DNA of 60,058 nt from Patescibacteria group bacterium (GCA_038062875.1 JBBTWF010000007.1:1-60058), one strand, 5' to 3'. Shown: positions 1 to 11,947, counted from the stretch's first letter. Numbers and translations are program-made. Notes: generated from the sequence alone by a model not told the origin.

Positions 1-182
1 CAATAAAGAGGTATTTTTGATTACATGAAATTAATTTGAATATTTATTATTTAATAATAAAATTGTATATCGAAAATTTGAAATATAAAAATAAAAATAG
101 AAAAATATTATTTTCCCTTTTTTTATAAATAACAAGAAGAAATGAATTACGAAAAAAAAGCTTATAATTTTTAAATTATATT

Positions 183-392
183 GTGTTTTATTTTATTTTC
201 CCGAAATTATTACCAAAAGGAGATTCATGGCGATTCGCGATGGATTTACTGGAAAAAGCCCATGTGGCCGTAGTGCCTGGCATTGCATTTGGTCCTTCTG
301 GCGAAAATCATATTAGGATGTCTTTTGGCAGGAGTGAAAAAGATATTAATGAAGCAATGAGGAGGATAAAGAAATTTCTTAAACATGACTGA
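183..392 (+). pseudogene. C-terminal fragment of a class I/II PLP-dependent aminotransferase
   Basis: FYFIFP...VAVVPGIAFG...HIRMSF matches the aminotransferase C-terminus; upstream 1-180 is stop-rich and very AT-rich, with no N-terminal part visible. Confidence 0.6.
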
Positions 393-1152
393 TATTTTTA
401 AACATATTGTTAAATTTAAACTAAAATGGCTTGCCAAGATTTATCTTTGGCGGTTTAAGCCGTATGTGATTTTAATTGCCGGAACAACCGGTCGGCATTG
501 GATTAAAGAAAAAGTTAAAGAGATTTTGGAAGAAAAAAATCTCTTGGTTCGCGCAAATAAGAAAAATTTCAATTCTGAAATAGGTCTGCCACTTTCAATT
601 TTGGACTTGTCTTCTGGCGAAGGAAGTTTTCGGGGTTGGCTCAAAATTTTATGGCAAGGCGTTAAAAAAATCCTCAATCCTCAATCCTTAATTCTAAATT
701 CTCAATATTTAATTCTTGAAATTGCTATTGACCGGCCGGAAAATATAAATTATTTAACGAGCATTATTAGACCTAATATTGTGATTCTAACAACCGTTAC
801 GATGATTTACTCCGAGAATTTTGAAAATCTGGATGAAATCAGCCGCGAATATGGAGAATTGGTAAAAACTTTACCTTGGAACGGCATTTTGATTTTAAAC
901 AATGACGATTTAAGAATAAAAGAATTAAAAGAATACTTTGACGGCAGAATTATAACATTTGGGTTTTCAAACGATTCTCAATATAGGGCGATTAATATTA
1001 ATAAAATTTCCGATGGCCAAATATTTAAAATAGAAATTCAAAGAAAGGAAAAAGAAATTTTAGACGTTAAAATTAATCGCTTTGGTCAACATCATATTTA
1101 CGCGGAATTGGTCGGGGCGGTTATTAGAGACAATTTTTCAGCCATAGGCTGA
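385..1152 (+). CDS. Mur ligase (MurF-like) middle-domain protein, truncated/divergent
   Basis: KKNFNSEIGLPLSIL, LILEIAIDRP and LILNNDD motifs; P-loop is AGTTGRH; no C-terminal domain. Confidence 0.7.
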   Translation: MTDIFKHIVKFKLKWLAKIYLWRFKPYVILIAGTTGRHWIKEKVKEILEEKNLLVRANKKNFNSEIGLPLSILDLSSGEGSFRGWLKILWQGVKKILNPQSLILNSQYLILEIAIDRPENINYLTSIIRPNIVILTTVTMIYSENFENLDEISREYGELVKTLPWNGILILNNDDLRIKELKEYFDGRIITFGFSNDSQYRAININKISDGQIFKIEIQRKEKEILDVKINRFGQHHIYAELVGAVIRDNFSAIG

Positions 1153-1238
1153 TCCGCCTAAGGCGGAAAAGAACCCCAAAAAGATTTTTTTGGAAAAATT
1201 AGAAATTCAGAAGTTTAACTCTTGCCATTTTTTGCCTA

Positions 1239-1285
1239 TTGACACTGTTTGACTGTAGAGTATTATATACCTATGGGGGAGGTAT
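1239..1285 (+). promoter_or_regulatory. sigma70 promoter plus CsoR-type operator
   Basis: TTGACA 1239-1244, TATTAT 1261-1266; ATACC-tatggggga-GGTAT (1267-1285) is a G-tract flanked by an inverted repeat, typical of CsoR operators. Confidence 0.65.
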
Positions 1286-1325
1286 GGTAATAAAATCAAA
1301 TATTAAAAATCAAAAATAAAAAAAC

Positions 1326-1592
1326 ATGAAACAAAACAAAGAAATTATAACGGCGTTGAAAAAAGCCGGGACTCATCTGAATAATGTTATAGAAATGACA
1401 GAGAAAAAGAAATATTGTATAGATATTCTCCAGCAGAATCTTGCGGTTATTGGACTTTTGAAATCTGCCAGTCAAAAACTTCTTGAAAGGCATCTTCACA
1501 GCTGTTTTGCCAAAGCGATGAAGGGAACCAACGAAAAAAGAAAAAAAGAGATGATTAAGGAAATATTAAAAATTAACAAATTATCCCAATAA
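1326..1592 (+). CDS. csoR: CsoR/RcnR family metal-sensing repressor
   Basis: YCIDILQQNLAVIGLL...LLERHLHSC (Cys/His/Cys ligand pattern); first gene of the copper operon. Confidence 0.85.
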   Translation: MKQNKEIITALKKAGTHLNNVIEMTEKKKYCIDILQQNLAVIGLLKSASQKLLERHLHSCFAKAMKGTNEKRKKEMIKEILKINKLSQ

Positions 1593-1595
1593 ATC

Positions 1596-2975
1596 ATGAA
1601 GAAAAAAATAGTTTATATAAAAGGAATGCATTGCGTCGCCTGCGAAAAACTCTTAAAAGACGAATTTGATGCGATTGAAGGCGTGATAGACGCAAAAGTG
1701 GATCGAAAAGCCAATACGGCGGAAATTTTTTATAAAGGAGCCGAGCCGGATTTTTCGGAAATAAAAAAAACCGCGAAAAAATTCGGCTATGACGCGTTTG
1801 AATCAAGGGAAGAGCTTAAGAATTCCAATTTAAGGCATCCGATGTCTCAAAACAGTTGGATGGATTGGGTGAACGCGGTTCTTATTGTCGCGGCGCTGCT
1901 GTTTGTTTATAAGGTCTTCAAAAACCTGGGATTTTTGGATAAAATTAATCTCAATAGCGATGAAGTAACTTTAGGCATCGCTTTTCTGATAGGACTAGTG
2001 GCTTCAATTTCTTCCTGTTTGGCGGTAGTCGGATCAGTCATAATCGCTTTTGGGGAAAAATACAAAAGCAATGGCGGCGGATTTTTTGAAAGCGCGGTAA
2101 AACCCAATTTATTTTTTCATATCGGGCGGCTGGCGACATTTTTCGCGCTCGGCGGAGCATTAGGAATGATCGGCGGAAAAATTAGCATCAGTGGAAACTT
2201 TATTTCAGTTTTTACCATCATCATCGCGGCAGTTATGGGTTGGCTGGGGCTTAATATTTTAGGATTGGCGCCTTCCATATCCAATCTTGGAATCCGGATG
2301 CCGGGAAAACTGACTAATAAATGGAACAAACTCAAGGAATCCGAGCATAAAGTGGCGCCATTTCTTCTGGGTGGCTTAAGTTTTTTTCTTCCCTGCGGAT
2401 TTACCCAGAGCATGCAAATTTTCGCTTTTACTTCCGGAAGTTTTTTGGCGGGAGGAATGACGCTCCTTATTTTCGCCCTGGGCACAATGCCGGCGCTTTT
2501 GATTCTTGGAGTGACCACTTCCTGGACCAAGGGGCAAAAAATGGTCGTTTTCCAAAAAGTGGCCGGAATGCTGATTTTACTTTTCGCCATTTATACTTTT
2601 CAATCCGGCTTGGCGCTTAAGGGAGTAAAAACAGATGTTTTATCGATTGACAACCGACCTACCTCGCCGACAGGCGGGCAACCGACAAATAATAACCAAA
2701 ATCAGCCCGCGCAGGAACAAATAGTGGAGACAAAACTTACCTACAACGGTTATGAACCGGCGGTGATCAAAATTAAAAAAGGAATTCCGGTGAAATTTAT
2801 CATTAAAGGTGAACAGGTCTCCGGCTGCACTAATCGGATTATCATTCCTGCTTTTAACATTACTAAAAATATCAGCTATGGAGAGAATATCATCAAATTC
2901 ACGCCGACCAAGGCCGGAACGATTGACTTTTCCTGCTGGATGGGGATGGTGAGAGGAAAATTTTTAGTAGAATAA
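1596..2975 (+). CDS. Heavy-metal-associated domain + DsbD_2/TauE-like membrane domain + C-terminal cupredoxin-like domain
   Basis: GMHCVAC; SSCLAVVG and LPCGFTQ membrane motifs; C-terminal FSCWMGM. Confidence 0.85.
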   Translation: MKKKIVYIKGMHCVACEKLLKDEFDAIEGVIDAKVDRKANTAEIFYKGAEPDFSEIKKTAKKFGYDAFESREELKNSNLRHPMSQNSWMDWVNAVLIVAALLFVYKVFKNLGFLDKINLNSDEVTLGIAFLIGLVASISSCLAVVGSVIIAFGEKYKSNGGGFFESAVKPNLFFHIGRLATFFALGGALGMIGGKISISGNFISVFTIIIAAVMGWLGLNILGLAPSISNLGIRMPGKLTNKWNKLKESEHKVAPFLLGGLSFFLPCGFTQSMQIFAFTSGSFLAGGMTLLIFALGTMPALLILGVTTSWTKGQKMVVFQKVAGMLILLFAIYTFQSGLALKGVKTDVLSIDNRPTSPTGGQPTNNNQNQPAQEQIVETKLTYNGYEPAVIKIKKGIPVKFIIKGEQVSGCTNRIIIPAFNITKNISYGENIIKFTPTKAGTIDFSCWMGMVRGKFLVE

Positions 2976-3004
2976 AAATTTACCGAATAATTTTTAAATT
3001 ATTT

Positions 3005-5164
3005 ATGAACACAAAAAAAATAATATTCAAAATAACCGGTATGACTTGCGCCAGTTGCGCGGCCAGTAATGAGAAAGCGCTTTTGAAAATCGAAGGCGTT
3101 TTGAACGCGAGTGTTAATATTGCGACCAAAAAAGCTCAAGTTGAATATGATGAAAATACTGTTTCAGAAAAAGAAATCAAAAAAACAATTTTGGAAAACG
3201 GTTATGGAGTTGAAGATGATTTAATGAGTGGCCACGGCCATCACGAGACAAATGACATCAAAAAAAATTGGAAAAGTTTTTTAGGCGCGGCAATTTTCAG
3301 CACGCCTTTGCTTTTGCAAATGTTTTTTAGTTTTGAGTCGGGCATAAAAACGGCCGGTTTGGATATTGTCGGCTGGATAAATTTCGTTTTAGCGACAATA
3401 GTTGTTTTATACTTTGGCCGGCGTTTTCATAAAATGGCTGTAAAACAAGCAAAAAAACTAGCCGCCAATATGGACACTTTAATTTCTATAGGAACATTGG
3501 CTGCTTATTTTTTTAGCGTTTGGGCGATTTTTACCGGAAAAGAAGGATATTTTGAAACCGCCGCGATTGTTATTACTCTTATTCTTCTAGGAAAATATTT
3601 TGAAGCCAAAAGCACTGGACAGGCAAGCGAAGCAATGCGAAAACTAATGGAAATGGGAGTAAAAAAAGCGCGGATTGTTATTAATGGAAAAGAAAAAGAA
3701 TTAGATATTAATGAAGTAAAAATCGGAGATATTGTTTCAGTGAGGCCTAGCGAAAAAATTCCCTTGGATGCTGAAGTTATAGAAGGCGAATCAAGCGTTG
3801 ATGAATCAATGTTGACTGGAGAATCATTGCCGGTGGAAAAAAAGAAAGGAATGAAGGTTTTCGGCGCGACAATAAACAAAAACGGAATTCTTAAAATCCG
3901 CGTGACTCAAACCGGCGAAGGCACGGTTTTGGCGCAGATAATAAAGACTGTGGAGGAAGCGCAGAATTCAAAAGCTCCGATTCAAAGATTAGCAGACAAA
4001 ATTTCCGGGATTTTCGTGCCGATTGTGATTATTATTGCTTTGACGACTTTTTTAAGCTGGTATTTTATTAAAAACGATTTTTCCAATGCGCTTATAAACG
4101 CCATGGCTGTCCTAGTAATCGCTTGCCCTTGCGCTTTAGGATTGGCAACTCCGACCGCTATTATGGCCGGAACCGGTAAAGGCGCGAAAAATGGAGTACT
4201 TTTCAAGACCGGAGAAAGCTTTGAAAAAACAAAAAATATTTCAATGATTGTTTTTGACAAAACCGGAACCTTAACCAAAGGAAAGCCGGCAGTGCAAGAG
4301 ATAATTTTTACTCCAGAGGAAAGAATTCTAAAAATCGCTTTTTCTCTGGCAAAGAATTCTGAACATCCGCTTTCTAAAGCAGTAACAGAATACGCAATAA
4401 AGAAAAATATGGAGCCGTTAAAAATTGAAGAGTTTAAGGAACACGAAGGCAAAGGAATCGTCGGGATATCTACGGAAAATAAAACGCGGCTGATAATGGG
4501 CAATAAAAAATTATTTGAAGAAAATGGAATTAGTATCGACAAAGCAGAAAGAATAATTTCTTCTGGAAAATTCGGTTTCGGGACGTGGCTTTTTATCGCT
4601 GAACAAAACGAATGTATCGGCGCTGTTTTAGTAGCTGATGAGATAAGAGATGAAGCCAAAGAAGTGATTACTGATATAAAAAATAGCGGATTGAAAACAG
4701 CGATGATTACTGGCGACAACAAAAAAACCGCTGAAGACATTGCGGAACGGCTTGGGATAGAGAATGTTCTGGCGGAAGTTTTGCCGAGTGAAAAATCAAG
4801 GGAAATAAAAAGATTGCAGGACAGCGGGGAAAAAGTCGTTTTCGTTGGAGACGGCATCAATGACGCGCCGAGCTTGGTGCAGGCAGATTTAGGAATCGCT
4901 ATGGGAAGCGCTACTGATATTGCCAAAGAATCAGGCCAGATAATTCTCATCCAGAATAACCTCCGAAAAGTTCCGGAAGCCATTAAAATCTCAAAAATTA
5001 CTTTCAAAACAATAAAACAAAACCTTTTTTGGGCTTTTTTCTATAATGCGGTTGCCATTCCATTAGCCGCTTTCGGATTTTTGAATCCGGCCATCGCCGC
5101 CGCCGCTATGGCGTTCAGTTCTGTTTCCGTTGTTTTGAACAGTTTGAGGATTGCTAAAAATTGA
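3005..5164 (+). CDS. copA: Copper-translocating P1B-type ATPase
   Basis: [33 protein letters not shown]...MAFSS. Confidence 0.95.
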   Translation: MNTKKIIFKITGMTCASCAASNEKALLKIEGVLNASVNIATKKAQVEYDENTVSEKEIKKTILENGYGVEDDLMSGHGHHETNDIKKNWKSFLGAAIFSTPLLLQMFFSFESGIKTAGLDIVGWINFVLATIVVLYFGRRFHKMAVKQAKKLAANMDTLISIGTLAAYFFSVWAIFTGKEGYFETAAIVITLILLGKYFEAKSTGQASEAMRKLMEMGVKKARIVINGKEKELDINEVKIGDIVSVRPSEKIPLDAEVIEGESSVDESMLTGESLPVEKKKGMKVFGATINKNGILKIRVTQTGEGTVLAQIIKTVEEAQNSKAPIQRLADKISGIFVPIVIIIALTTFLSWYFIKNDFSNALINAMAVLVIACPCALGLATPTAIMAGTGKGAKNGVLFKTGESFEKTKNISMIVFDKTGTLTKGKPAVQEIIFTPEERILKIAFSLAKNSEHPLSKAVTEYAIKKNMEPLKIEEFKEHEGKGIVGISTENKTRLIMGNKKLFEENGISIDKAERIISSGKFGFGTWLFIAEQNECIGAVLVADEIRDEAKEVITDIKNSGLKTAMITGDNKKTAEDIAERLGIENVLAEVLPSEKSREIKRLQDSGEKVVFVGDGINDAPSLVQADLGIAMGSATDIAKESGQIILIQNNLRKVPEAIKISKITFKTIKQNLFWAFFYNAVAIPLAAFGFLNPAIAAAAMAFSSVSVVLNSLRIAKN

Positions 5165-5208
5165 TGGTAAATTTGCTTTAATCTTTTTTGACGACTAAAA
5201 TATAATAG

Positions 5209-6966
5209 ATGTCCACTCCTATTGAACAAATCAAGGAGAAACTTGATATTGTCGATTTTATTCGTTCCTATATACCGTTGCATCCGTCTGGAAAAAACTT
5301 TAAAGCGCTTTGTCCTTTTCATAAGGAAAAAACGCCTTCCTTTATGGTTTCTCCGGAACGTCAGACCTGGCATTGTTTCGGCTCCTGCGCTGAAGGAGGC
5401 GATATTTTTAAATTTATAATGAAGCATGACAATCTGGAATTTTACGAGGCCTTGAAGGTTTTGGCGGAAAAAGCCGGCATTGAGTTGAAACGATTGAGTC
5501 CGGCCGACCAGAAACAATTCGGAATTTTATATGACATTAACAAAGTTGCCAAAGAATTTTTCATCAACCAGCTGGCGGAACCGGCCAATAAAGATGCCTT
5601 GGAATATTTAAAGAGCAGGGGATTAAAAAAAGAAACAATCGACGAATTTGAAATCGGATTCACGCCGAATAAATACGAAACATTGTCTCTTTATTTGATT
5701 AATTTAGGATACAGCGCGCCGGATATTGAACGTTCCGGTTTGGTTTTTAAGAATGAACGTGGCAATTACACCGACAGATTCCGTGGCCGAATAATGTTTC
5801 CGCTTAATAATAGTTTTGGCAAGACAGTCGGGTTTTCCGGCAGGATTCTGCCGCAATACGAAACAACCGAAGTCGGAAAATATATCAACAGTCCTGAAAC
5901 GCCTATTTTTAATAAATCAAAAATAATTTACGGCTTTGACAAAACGAAAAAGAACATTAAAGAAGAAAACAGCGCTTTATTGGTTGAAGGCCAGATGGAT
6001 TTTCTAATGTGTTATCAGGACGGCGTTAAAAACATCATCGCTGTTTCCGGAACAGCACTTACCCCGGAGCATCTTAAAACCTTACAACGGATGACTGACC
6101 AACTAATTTTAAGCTTTGATAATGATGAGGCCGGTTTTAAAGCGGCTGAACGTAGCATTGATTTGGCCGGAGCAATGGATTTAAACGTTAAAATTCTGAC
6201 TTTAAAGGATTATAAAGACCCGGCGGAAGCCGTCCAAAGGAAACCTGGTCTGTTGCTTGGTCTTATTAATAAGACCAAGCCGGCGATGGAGTTTTATTTT
6301 GAACGTTATCTCGGCGAAAGTTCAAAATCCAATCCGCCAACTGGCGGACAAAATTCAAAGTTTGACTTAAGCGAATTTAAAAAGAATCTACGAATTGTTT
6401 TGGGAAAAATTAAAAATTTAGCCAGTTCAATCGAAAAAAGCCATTGGTTGAAAAATCTTTCGTTAAAAACAGGAATTGAAGAAAAAGCATTAACCGAAGA
6501 GATGGAGCAGTTAAAGATAATTCCTAATTCCCAATTTCTAATTTCTAAACAAACCCTAAATTCTAAATCCTATATTCTAAATTCTCGCATAGAACTGATT
6601 GCTCAGCGACTAGTTACTTTGACCGTTGAAAAGAAAAAATTTCAGAAAGAGATAAAAGAATATTTTGAATATTTACCGTTGGATTATCAAATTATTTATA
6701 AATCGCTTATTAATAAGTCCCACATAAACGAAAAAAGATTATCTGATTCGGCAGAATTAATTTCTCTTCATTCTGGATTTGAACCGCAAGACGAAGAAAA
6801 AACAGAAAAAGAATTTTATGAACTTTTAAAACATCTCAAATTTGAATTTATGAAAGAAAAAAAGCAGTCGCTCGCCAAATTAATCAAAGAAGCCGAAATT
6901 GCCGGAGACGAAAACAAACTAAAAAAAGCTCTAAAAGAATTTGACGAAATTTCAAAAATAAGTTAA
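5209..6966 (+). CDS. dnaG: DNA primase
   Basis: CPFH zinc finger, [13 protein letters not shown] and DNDEAG TOPRIM motifs. Confidence 0.97.
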   Translation: MSTPIEQIKEKLDIVDFIRSYIPLHPSGKNFKALCPFHKEKTPSFMVSPERQTWHCFGSCAEGGDIFKFIMKHDNLEFYEALKVLAEKAGIELKRLSPADQKQFGILYDINKVAKEFFINQLAEPANKDALEYLKSRGLKKETIDEFEIGFTPNKYETLSLYLINLGYSAPDIERSGLVFKNERGNYTDRFRGRIMFPLNNSFGKTVGFSGRILPQYETTEVGKYINSPETPIFNKSKIIYGFDKTKKNIKEENSALLVEGQMDFLMCYQDGVKNIIAVSGTALTPEHLKTLQRMTDQLILSFDNDEAGFKAAERSIDLAGAMDLNVKILTLKDYKDPAEAVQRKPGLLLGLINKTKPAMEFYFERYLGESSKSNPPTGGQNSKFDLSEFKKNLRIVLGKIKNLASSIEKSHWLKNLSLKTGIEEKALTEEMEQLKIIPNSQFLISKQTLNSKSYILNSRIELIAQRLVTLTVEKKKFQKEIKEYFEYLPLDYQIIYKSLINKSHINEKRLSDSAELISLHSGFEPQDEEKTEKEFYELLKHLKFEFMKEKKQSLAKLIKEAEIAGDENKLKKALKEFDEISKIS

Positions 6967-6983
6967 TATTGATTAATATTTAT

Positions 6984-8285
6984 ATGTCAAAATCTAAACC
7001 AAAAAGAAAGACAACGAAAAAGCGTAAAAAAACGGCTAAAAAAACGCGACGCTTGATTAAACGTAAGCCAAAACGCAAGCCACGCGTCAAACGAAAAATC
7101 AAAAAAATCGTTAAGAAAAAAAACCGAAGAAAAAAGAAAAAAACTAAAATAAAAAAAAACCGAAAATATCTCAAGAAAAAAGGAAAAAAAGGAAAAAGGT
7201 TCAAGTTTGACGAAAATTTAATACAGGAATTAATAAACAGGGGACGCTCCAAGGGCTTTGTGACTGATACGGAAATTATTAATTATTTTCCGAAAATTGA
7301 AAACGACGTGCCTTTTCTTGAGGAAATTTACGATATTTTGGGAAAATACAACATTAAAATCATTGAAACAGCTCAGCTGATTGAACTGCCTGATGAAAAA
7401 GAAGTAAGCGATAAAGAATTGCGTTCCGCGACCAAAATCGTGTCAGAGAGAACATCTTTACCAGACGCGGTTCAAATGTATCTTAAGGAAATAGGCAAGA
7501 CACCGCTTTTAACTGGTCAAGAAGAACGGGACTTGGCTAAACGAGCGGAAAAAAGCGACGAGCAAGCCAGACAGAAACTTATTCAGGCCAATTTACGATT
7601 GGTTGTCTCAATCGCCAAACGTTACGTTAATCGAACTCCGAATTTAAATATTTTGGATTTAATTCAAGAAGGGAATATCGGTCTTTCGCGGGCGGTTGAT
7701 AAATTTGATTATCGCAAAGGTTTTAAATTTTCCACTTACGCGACTTGGTGGATTAGACAAGCTATTACTCGGGCCTTGGCGGACCAATCGCGAACCGTAA
7801 GAATTCCGGTTCATATGGTGGAAACAATTTCTAAATACACTCAAACTAAACGGCGTTTAGCGCAAGAGCTGGGAAGAGACCCGTTAGCCGAAGAAATAGC
7901 AATTGAAATGGGTTCTAACGTCGATAAAATCCGTTACATTCAAAAAATTTCCCAGGAGGCACTTTCTTTAGAAGCGCCGATTGGCGAAGACGATGAAGAA
8001 TCAACGCTCTCCGAATTTCTTGAAGATGAAAAAACATTAACTCCGTCTCAGCTGACTTCCAGGGTCTTATTGAAAGATAAAATTAAAGAAATTTTGGTTG
8101 ATTTAACTCCAAGAGAGCAGGAGATTTTAAATATGAGATTTGGACTTGATGACAGCGTCACCCATACCCTTGAAGAAGTGGGGAAGAAATTCGGCGTTAC
8201 CAGAGAACGAATCCGTCAGATTGAAGCTAAAGCGCTGGAAAAAATGAAAAATCATATAAAAGCAAAGGATTTGCAGGAATATTGA
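6984..8285 (+). CDS. rpoD: Primary sigma70 factor with Lys/Arg-rich N-terminal extension
   Basis: [38 protein letters not shown]; ATG 6984 preferred over the TTG at 6969. Confidence 0.93.
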   Translation: MSKSKPKRKTTKKRKKTAKKTRRLIKRKPKRKPRVKRKIKKIVKKKNRRKKKKTKIKKNRKYLKKKGKKGKRFKFDENLIQELINRGRSKGFVTDTEIINYFPKIENDVPFLEEIYDILGKYNIKIIETAQLIELPDEKEVSDKELRSATKIVSERTSLPDAVQMYLKEIGKTPLLTGQEERDLAKRAEKSDEQARQKLIQANLRLVVSIAKRYVNRTPNLNILDLIQEGNIGLSRAVDKFDYRKGFKFSTYATWWIRQAITRALADQSRTVRIPVHMVETISKYTQTKRRLAQELGRDPLAEEIAIEMGSNVDKIRYIQKISQEALSLEAPIGEDDEESTLSEFLEDEKTLTPSQLTSRVLLKDKIKEILVDLTPREQEILNMRFGLDDSVTHTLEEVGKKFGVTRERIRQIEAKALEKMKNHIKAKDLQEY

Positions 8286-8353
8286 TAAAAATTTTCAATT
8301 TCTAATTTTTTAATGTGGATAACTTTTTAATAAAATATAGTATAATAATAAAT

Positions 8354-9745
8354 ATGAAAAAATACATCTTAATCTTATCGCTGTTAGTTCTTTGCGTTTG
8401 GTCTGTTTCAGCCGTTTTAACGACAAAAGCCGATACCGTGGACGAAGAAGTAAGTTATCAAGAGATTGGAACCGAAACCCCAAAATTACTACCCAATAAT
8501 CCTTTCCATTTTCTTAAAGAATGGAATTGGAATATAAAACGCGCGTTTACTTTTAACCCGGAAAAAAGAGCGGAATTGGAATTAAAAATTTCCAATGAAC
8601 AAGTAGCGGAAATCAAACGGCTTCAAGAAGTTGACCCAAACAACGTTAAAGCGATTGGAAAAGCCGCTAATAATTATCAAGACAATGTTGAGCGGTTGAA
8701 AAATCGTTTGGAGGCCATTAAAGAAACAAGCGAAAACCCAAATGTAGATAATCTTTTAAATAAATTAACCGACAATTCCCTGAAACATCAAAGAATTTTT
8801 GACAATTTAAAAACAAAACTTGAAGAGAATCCGGAACTAAAAGAAAAGATAGAAAATATTCAAAGCCAAATAGATAATGTTATCGTTAAAATACCGGAAA
8901 AGTTTGAAAATTTCGAAAAGTTTAAAGAAAGAATTCGGGCAGTTATTGAGAAACAGCCACAGCGGGTTTTTAAGGAATTGCAAACCGTTGAGCTTCTTGA
9001 TCGACTTGAAGAAAAATTGCCAGAAGACGAGAGAGAACATCTTCAAAATCTCAAAGAAGAAATGATTTCTAAATTTGAAGATAAAGTGAATAATTGGAAG
9101 GAGACCGATAAAGAAAATTTATTAGCCAGCCAAGAACAAATTTTAAAATTAATCGGAGAAGCTAAAAATTTAATCGCCAAAGTTGAAAATCTTTTATCGG
9201 AAAATGTCGGAGATGAAATCGCTAAATCAGTTAAAGAACTACTGGAAAGAGCTAAAACGCATTTAGCCAACGCGAATAAGGCGTTAGATGAAAATAAGGT
9301 AGGCGAAGCGTTTGGACAAGTAAATTCAGCGATTTCAACTGCCAAAAACGCTCTGCGGAAAATTCAGCAACCGAACGAAAATGAAACCGGAATTGTTTGT
9401 CCGGCAATCGCAATAAGTTGCGCGGAAGGGGAAAACGCGGTTAAAACAGGCGTAGATAATAGGGGTTGCCCAGCATATAAATGCGTAGTGAAATTTTGCG
9501 GCGGCATAGCAGGCATTAAATGCCCAGATGATTACGTTTGTAAACTTGGAGCCAATTATCCGGATGCAGGAGGAAAATGCGTTAAAAAAGAAGAGCCAGA
9601 AAGACCGATTTGCATTCAAGTAATTGCTCCGGCAATTTCTCCGGAAGGCGTTTGTAAAAATTTCCCGACGCCTTGCGATGTGCCGGCTAATTGGAAAAAA
9701 ACGGATAAATGTAAAGAAATTATAGAAACACCGACAAACCAATAA
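8354..9745 (+). CDS. Secreted DUF5667-like helical protein with C-terminal Cys-rich modules
   Basis: Signal peptide MKKYILILSLL; LLPNNPFHFLK motif; CGGIAGIKCP and CIQVIAPA...TPCDVP modules. Confidence 0.7.
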   Translation: MKKYILILSLLVLCVWSVSAVLTTKADTVDEEVSYQEIGTETPKLLPNNPFHFLKEWNWNIKRAFTFNPEKRAELELKISNEQVAEIKRLQEVDPNNVKAIGKAANNYQDNVERLKNRLEAIKETSENPNVDNLLNKLTDNSLKHQRIFDNLKTKLEENPELKEKIENIQSQIDNVIVKIPEKFENFEKFKERIRAVIEKQPQRVFKELQTVELLDRLEEKLPEDEREHLQNLKEEMISKFEDKVNNWKETDKENLLASQEQILKLIGEAKNLIAKVENLLSENVGDEIAKSVKELLERAKTHLANANKALDENKVGEAFGQVNSAISTAKNALRKIQQPNENETGIVCPAIAISCAEGENAVKTGVDNRGCPAYKCVVKFCGGIAGIKCPDDYVCKLGANYPDAGGKCVKKEEPERPICIQVIAPAISPEGVCKNFPTPCDVPANWKKTDKCKEIIETPTNQ

Positions 9746-9748
9746 AAA

Positions 9749-11548
9749 ATGACCTCCGAACAAATCAGGAAATTATTTTTTGATTTTTTTAAGAAGAAGG
9801 GGCATTCAATTGCCCCTTCTTCATCTTTAATTCCCGACGACCCGTCGGTGCTTTTGACAACCGCCGGAATGCAGCAATTCAAAAGATATTTTACAGGAGA
9901 ACTTGACGCTCTTAAAGATTTTAATTCTCAAAGAACGGTTTCCATTCAAAAATGTTTTAGAACCAGCGACATTGACGAGGTTGGCGACAAAACGCATCTG
10001 ACTTTTTTTGAAATGCTTGGAAATTTTTCTTTTGGGAAAAAACCTGACGGTTATTTTAAACAACAAGCTATTTTTTGGGCTTGGGAATTTATTACTGAGA
10101 CCTTAAATATTAACACCGAAAGAATTACCGTTTCCGTCTTTAATGGAGATAAAGAAACGCCTTTTGACGGAGAATCCTATAAAATTTGGCATAAAGAAAT
10201 AGGTCTACCGGAAAATAAAATCATTTCCGGAAACAGAACCGATAATTTCTGGGGACCGACCGGCGATGAAGGCCCATGCGGTCCTACCACGGAACTTTAC
10301 ATTGCCGCCCCCAAAGGGGGCGAGCCTCGCCCTGATGGGCGGGACGGCATAGAAGTATGGAATTTGGTTTTTAACGAATACTATAAAGAGCGTAGCGGAA
10401 AATTCATAAAAGTGGAAAATCCCGGAGTTGACACCGGAATGGGTATGGAACGGCTCGCGGCGATTCTTCAGGGAACAGACGATGTTTTTGAAACCGATAT
10501 TTTTCAACCGTTAATTTCAAAAATAAACGAATTAACGCCTAATTTAGATATTCGGGTAGTTCGCGTTCTGGCAGACCATTTGCGCGCATGCGTATTTTTG
10601 ACAGCTGACGGCATTATGCCGTCAAATAAAGAAGCTGGTTATGTTTTACGCCGACTTTTACGACGAATTTTGTCTTATCAGATTAAATACGATATTCACG
10701 CGGATTTGCTTCCAGAAAGCGTTGAAATTATCAAAGAAAAATTCGCGGAAATTTATCCGGAATTAAAAGAATCGGCAAAAATTTTAAATATTTTAGAAGA
10801 TGAACGCCTCAAATTCCAAGAAGCAATAGGTCAGGGAATAAAAAAAATTGACGAATTAAATCTTGGCAATGTCCAATTAACTGGACAACTCGCTTTTGAT
10901 TTATATCAGACATACGGTTTACCATTGGAAATTTCCCGGGAATTAGCCAAAAATAAAGCAGATGATTTTAAAGATGACTTTGACAAAGAATTTGAAAAAC
11001 ATCAGGAAATTTCCCGCGCTGGAGCTGAAAAAAAATTCGGCGGCCATGGCTTGGCCTTAGACACAGGCGAATTAAAAGCTGGCAGTCAAGAAGAAATTAA
11101 AAAAGTTATTCGGCTTCATACAGCCACTCACTTACTACATTATGCCTTGAGAAAAGTTTTAGGAAAAGAGATTCAGCAAATGGGCTCGGATATTAATCCT
11201 GAACGAACACGTTTTGATTTTTCGTTCAACCGAAAAATGACGGTGGATGAAATTAAAAAAGTTGAGGACTTGGTTAACCAAAAAATCAAAGAAAATCTAC
11301 CGGTTTATTTTAAGGAGATGCCCAAAGAAGAAGCGGAGAAAACCGAAGCGCTTCATTTTTTTAAACAAAAATATCCGGCTCTTGTAAAAGTGTACTTTAT
11401 CGGTTCAGAAGCCAGCGGGGGCGTTATTAGCGCCGAATTCTGCGGCGGTCCGCACGTTGACTATACATCTCAAATAAAAAGTGTTAAGATATTAAAAGAA
11501 GAATCAGTTGGCGCCGGAATCAGGAGAATCCGAGCTAAAATTGAATAA
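9749..11548 (+). CDS. alaS: Alanine--tRNA ligase (short form without C-Ala domain)
   Basis: TTAGMQQFK, HLTFFEMLGNFS, DTGMGMER, HTATHLL, EFCGGPH. Confidence 0.95.
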   Translation: MTSEQIRKLFFDFFKKKGHSIAPSSSLIPDDPSVLLTTAGMQQFKRYFTGELDALKDFNSQRTVSIQKCFRTSDIDEVGDKTHLTFFEMLGNFSFGKKPDGYFKQQAIFWAWEFITETLNINTERITVSVFNGDKETPFDGESYKIWHKEIGLPENKIISGNRTDNFWGPTGDEGPCGPTTELYIAAPKGGEPRPDGRDGIEVWNLVFNEYYKERSGKFIKVENPGVDTGMGMERLAAILQGTDDVFETDIFQPLISKINELTPNLDIRVVRVLADHLRACVFLTADGIMPSNKEAGYVLRRLLRRILSYQIKYDIHADLLPESVEIIKEKFAEIYPELKESAKILNILEDERLKFQEAIGQGIKKIDELNLGNVQLTGQLAFDLYQTYGLPLEISRELAKNKADDFKDDFDKEFEKHQEISRAGAEKKFGGHGLALDTGELKAGSQEEIKKVIRLHTATHLLHYALRKVLGKEIQQMGSDINPERTRFDFSFNRKMTVDEIKKVEDLVNQKIKENLPVYFKEMPKEEAEKTEALHFFKQKYPALVKVYFIGSEASGGVISAEFCGGPHVDYTSQIKSVKILKEESVGAGIRRIRAKIE

Positions 11549-11581
11549 GCTGTTTAAAAATTAAATAAAGGAGGGGAAAAA

Positions 11582-11947
11582 ATGGAAGTATTACTGGCAA
11601 TGCAAAGTATTAATAATTTGGCTGATGTATTTTTTCTGAAAGTCAAAAACATCCTATATGCCTATACTGAAAACCCATTAGGTCCGAAAACCAGAAAGGA
11701 TATAATTGATGTCTTAGAATTTTGTAGTGGTTGTGTAGATTTACATCCTAAGTCGTTACATTGTATAGGGTCTGATGAAGTTTCTGGCTCTAAAAAAATA
11801 TACGATGAGTCGTACCAGAAGAGAAAAATTGTCGAGAATCAAAAAAGAAAAAGTGAATTAGGACAGAAAATAGAAGTTGTCCAAGAAAAAAGTTGTGTTT
11901 TTAAAAACTCTGTCAGGGGGTCTAAAAGAGACCCAGATGGAGACTAG
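11582..11947 (+). CDS. Orphan hypothetical protein
   Basis: ORF with AAGGAGGGG Shine-Dalgarno and a downstream terminator hairpin. Confidence 0.6.
   Translation: MEVLLAMQSINNLADVFFLKVKNILYAYTENPLGPKTRKDIIDVLEFCSGCVDLHPKSLHCIGSDEVSGSKKIYDESYQKRKIVENQKRKSELGQKIEVVQEKSCVFKNSVRGSKRDPDGD

Noticed and set aside
3982-5007. 341-aa antisense ORF and other long antisense ORFs in the track
   Set aside because: Shadow frames of well-supported genes such as copA
9749-11548. Short alaS as a pseudogene
   Set aside because: Catalytic and editing motifs are intact in one clean ORF; short AlaRS forms are typical of reduced genomes
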